DNA of 50,570 nucleotides, from contig CAZLGJ010000002.1 of the NCBI GenBank assembly GCA_964559075.1, positions 1-50,570 of the forward strand, in the 5' to 3' direction. Positions 49,012 through 50,570 of this stretch are shown here, piece after piece. The position numbers and the translations under genes were made by a program. The notes under the pieces are model-generated. The model saw only the letters and a list, made by a program, of their open reading frames with translations, did no database searches and was not told where the DNA came from. The stretch's first letter is position 1, and each line of letters starts with the position of its first letter. The stretch is from an uncultured Glaciecola sp. (GTDB lineage Bacteria > Pseudomonadota > Gammaproteobacteria > Enterobacterales > Alteromonadaceae).

Positions 49012-50091
49012 ATGCAGCAATATTGGTGTCTATTTTTCTTATTATTTAGTGTATCGGTCAGTGCAAGCCGATCCGTAGAGAAAGATGCGACAATTACGCA
49101 ATCTGCGACAGTGGCGGCTGCTCAGCCTTCTGCTGTAAACACAAGCTTCCGCTGGCAGGGCAATGCGCTGTTCCGCTATGAAGACGCACAGTTTAACTTT
49201 CGCAATGATATCCAGCGTCTGCGCTTTATCGGCAATCTTGGGCTGCAGGCCAAACGAGCTAATTGGAGCGGCGTTGCGCGCCTCACAACCGGTCTCAAAA
49301 ACAAACAAAATGTGCCAGCGATTACTTTGGTCAAATTTAACCAACAACCGCAACCCGACTCTGACCTTTACCTCGATCGACTTTTTGTGCAGTATCAATC
49401 GCAAACTCTCGGGCAGTTTCGCTTAGGCAAACAGCCCTGGATGCTAACTAATGTCACCGATACTTTTTGGGACCGTCACCTTCACCCAATCGGGTTCAGC
49501 TGGCAAGGTAAACAAGCCTTCCCCGTTACCGCCGCACTATTGGCACCATTAGATGGGGCTAGTGATACCGTTGGTCGTTTATTATTGCTACAGGGGCATT
49601 TTACAACTCGCCTAGGAGAGGACTGGTCATGGGAGCTACACCCGTGGTGGGTGCAATTTGAAGGCGCAGATGCTGAGTTTGCTACCCGTGATACTGCGCT
49701 GGATCATCAGTCACTGCGCTTGACTATGCTGGCCAAGCGGGCAAATTGGCAGCTCGGCGTGGACGTTGCGCAAGCTGTAGATGCACCTGAAGATGGCTTT
49801 GGCGATCACAGTATTGCTACGCAGCTCACTTACGGCAAGCTCCGCGAGGTTGGCACGATGCAGTGGCACGTGCGCTATGTGCACACAGAGCGCTATGCAG
49901 TAATTACCGAATTCGCGCAAAACGCCATAGCGGGTTTTTCGACCTCAAATATTAAAGGATTTGATGTGCGCTACCGATATAAAGTTATGCCGCGCGTGTG
50001 GTTTGGACTACGCTATAGTGATATTGAAAGCATTCGCGGCAATGACAAAGCCGGAACGCGATTTAGAATAGAACTCGGCATGTCTCTATAA
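49012..50091 (+). CDS. Putative outer membrane porin (beta-barrel)
   Basis: Signal peptide, alternating amphipathic strands, FRYE...RLR, LYLDRLFVQY and C-terminal RFRIELGMSL. Confidence 0.68.
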   Translation: MQQYWCLFFLLFSVSVSASRSVEKDATITQSATVAAAQPSAVNTSFRWQGNALFRYEDAQFNFRNDIQRLRFIGNLGLQAKRANWSGVARLTTGLKNKQNVPAITLVKFNQQPQPDSDLYLDRLFVQYQSQTLGQFRLGKQPWMLTNVTDTFWDRHLHPIGFSWQGKQAFPVTAALLAPLDGASDTVGRLLLLQGHFTTRLGEDWSWELHPWWVQFEGADAEFATRDTALDHQSLRLTMLAKRANWQLGVDVAQAVDAPEDGFGDHSIATQLTYGKLREVGTMQWHVRYVHTERYAVITEFAQNAIAGFSTSNIKGFDVRYRYKVMPRVWFGLRYSDIESIRGNDKAGTRFRIELGMSL

Positions 50092-50152
50092 GCACCCCGT
50101 GACTTTGCCGATAAGTTTAACCAATTATTTCACTTTGAATGACGAATAGATA

Positions 50153-50570
50153 ATGAAAGCACAAGAAAAAATTGAAATTCTCGTAGTTGATGATGAACTG
50201 AATATTTTGAAGTCAATGCGTCGTTTGTTTCGTCAAAGCGGGTACATGGTACATACTGCCAATAGTGGTGCAGAAGCGTTAGACATTCTCGAAAACCATG
50301 CCAATATTTGTTTGGTGTTGTCGGACTTTCGCATGCCGTCGATGAACGGAGGGGAGTTGCTATCAGAAGTTAAGGTCCGCTATCCCGACAAAGTGGGTAT
50401 GATAATATCCGGTTTTACGGATTTTAACTCGGCGTTAAGCGTGCTTAATGATGGCACGGCGTTTAAGTTTTTGACCAAGCCTTGGGACAACCAAGCGCTG
50501 TTGAAAGACGTGGCGGAAGGGGTAGCCCATGCTGCTGAGAAAGCCTCGGTGCAATCTATTCTTGGTGAGA
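50153..50570 (+). CDS. Response regulator, N-terminal REC domain (truncated by the window edge)
   Basis: Not in the ORF track. MKAQEKIEILVVDDELNILKSMRRLF...SDFRMP.MNG...FLTKPWD; frame stays open to the window end. Confidence 0.85.
   Translation, partial: MKAQEKIEILVVDDELNILKSMRRLFRQSGYMVHTANSGAEALDILENHANICLVLSDFRMPSMNGGELLSEVKVRYPDKVGMIISGFTDFNSALSVLNDGTAFKFLTKPWDNQALLKDVAEGVAHAAEKASVQSILGE

Noticed and set aside
1-50570. CRISPR arrays, tRNA/rRNA genes, IS elements and defence systems
   Set aside because: No spaced repeats, cloverleaf-like segments, transposases or nuclease/defence motifs were recognised by eye; intergenic gaps are short.

Overview
Chromosomal window from a marine gammaproteobacterium; gene content and order suggest Alteromonadaceae (inference). 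The housekeeping backbone is: trp operon (trpE-G-D-CF-B', with a WWW leader-peptide attenuator), PHP nuclease-yciO-scpA-scpB-rluB, bamE-recN-nadK, grpE-dnaK-dnaJ and dapB-carA-carB-greA. Recognisable sigma32, sigmaE and LexA sites and several intrinsic terminators are present. Three accessory blocks stand out. (1) An ~11 kb block (13290-24090) between nadK and grpE encodes a TonB-dependent receptor, a GntP permease, a secreted MetX-fold esterase, a secreted PHB depolymerase, a 3-hydroxybutyrate dehydrogenase, and a CrbS/MxtR-like SLC5-fused hybrid kinase lacking the PAS domain with its NarL-type regulator. It reads as a PUL-like polyhydroxybutyrate scavenging locus and is the best candidate for an under-described system. 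(2) A GH13 lipoprotein/GH31 alpha-glucan pair. (3) An HnoB/C/D-like multi-regulator signalling cluster (44478-end) whose visible input is a PhnD-like binding protein, a membrane kinase and a porin rather than a haem NO sensor. No rRNA, tRNA, CRISPR array, integrase or transposase was recognised. All calls come from reading motifs by eye; no database searches were run.
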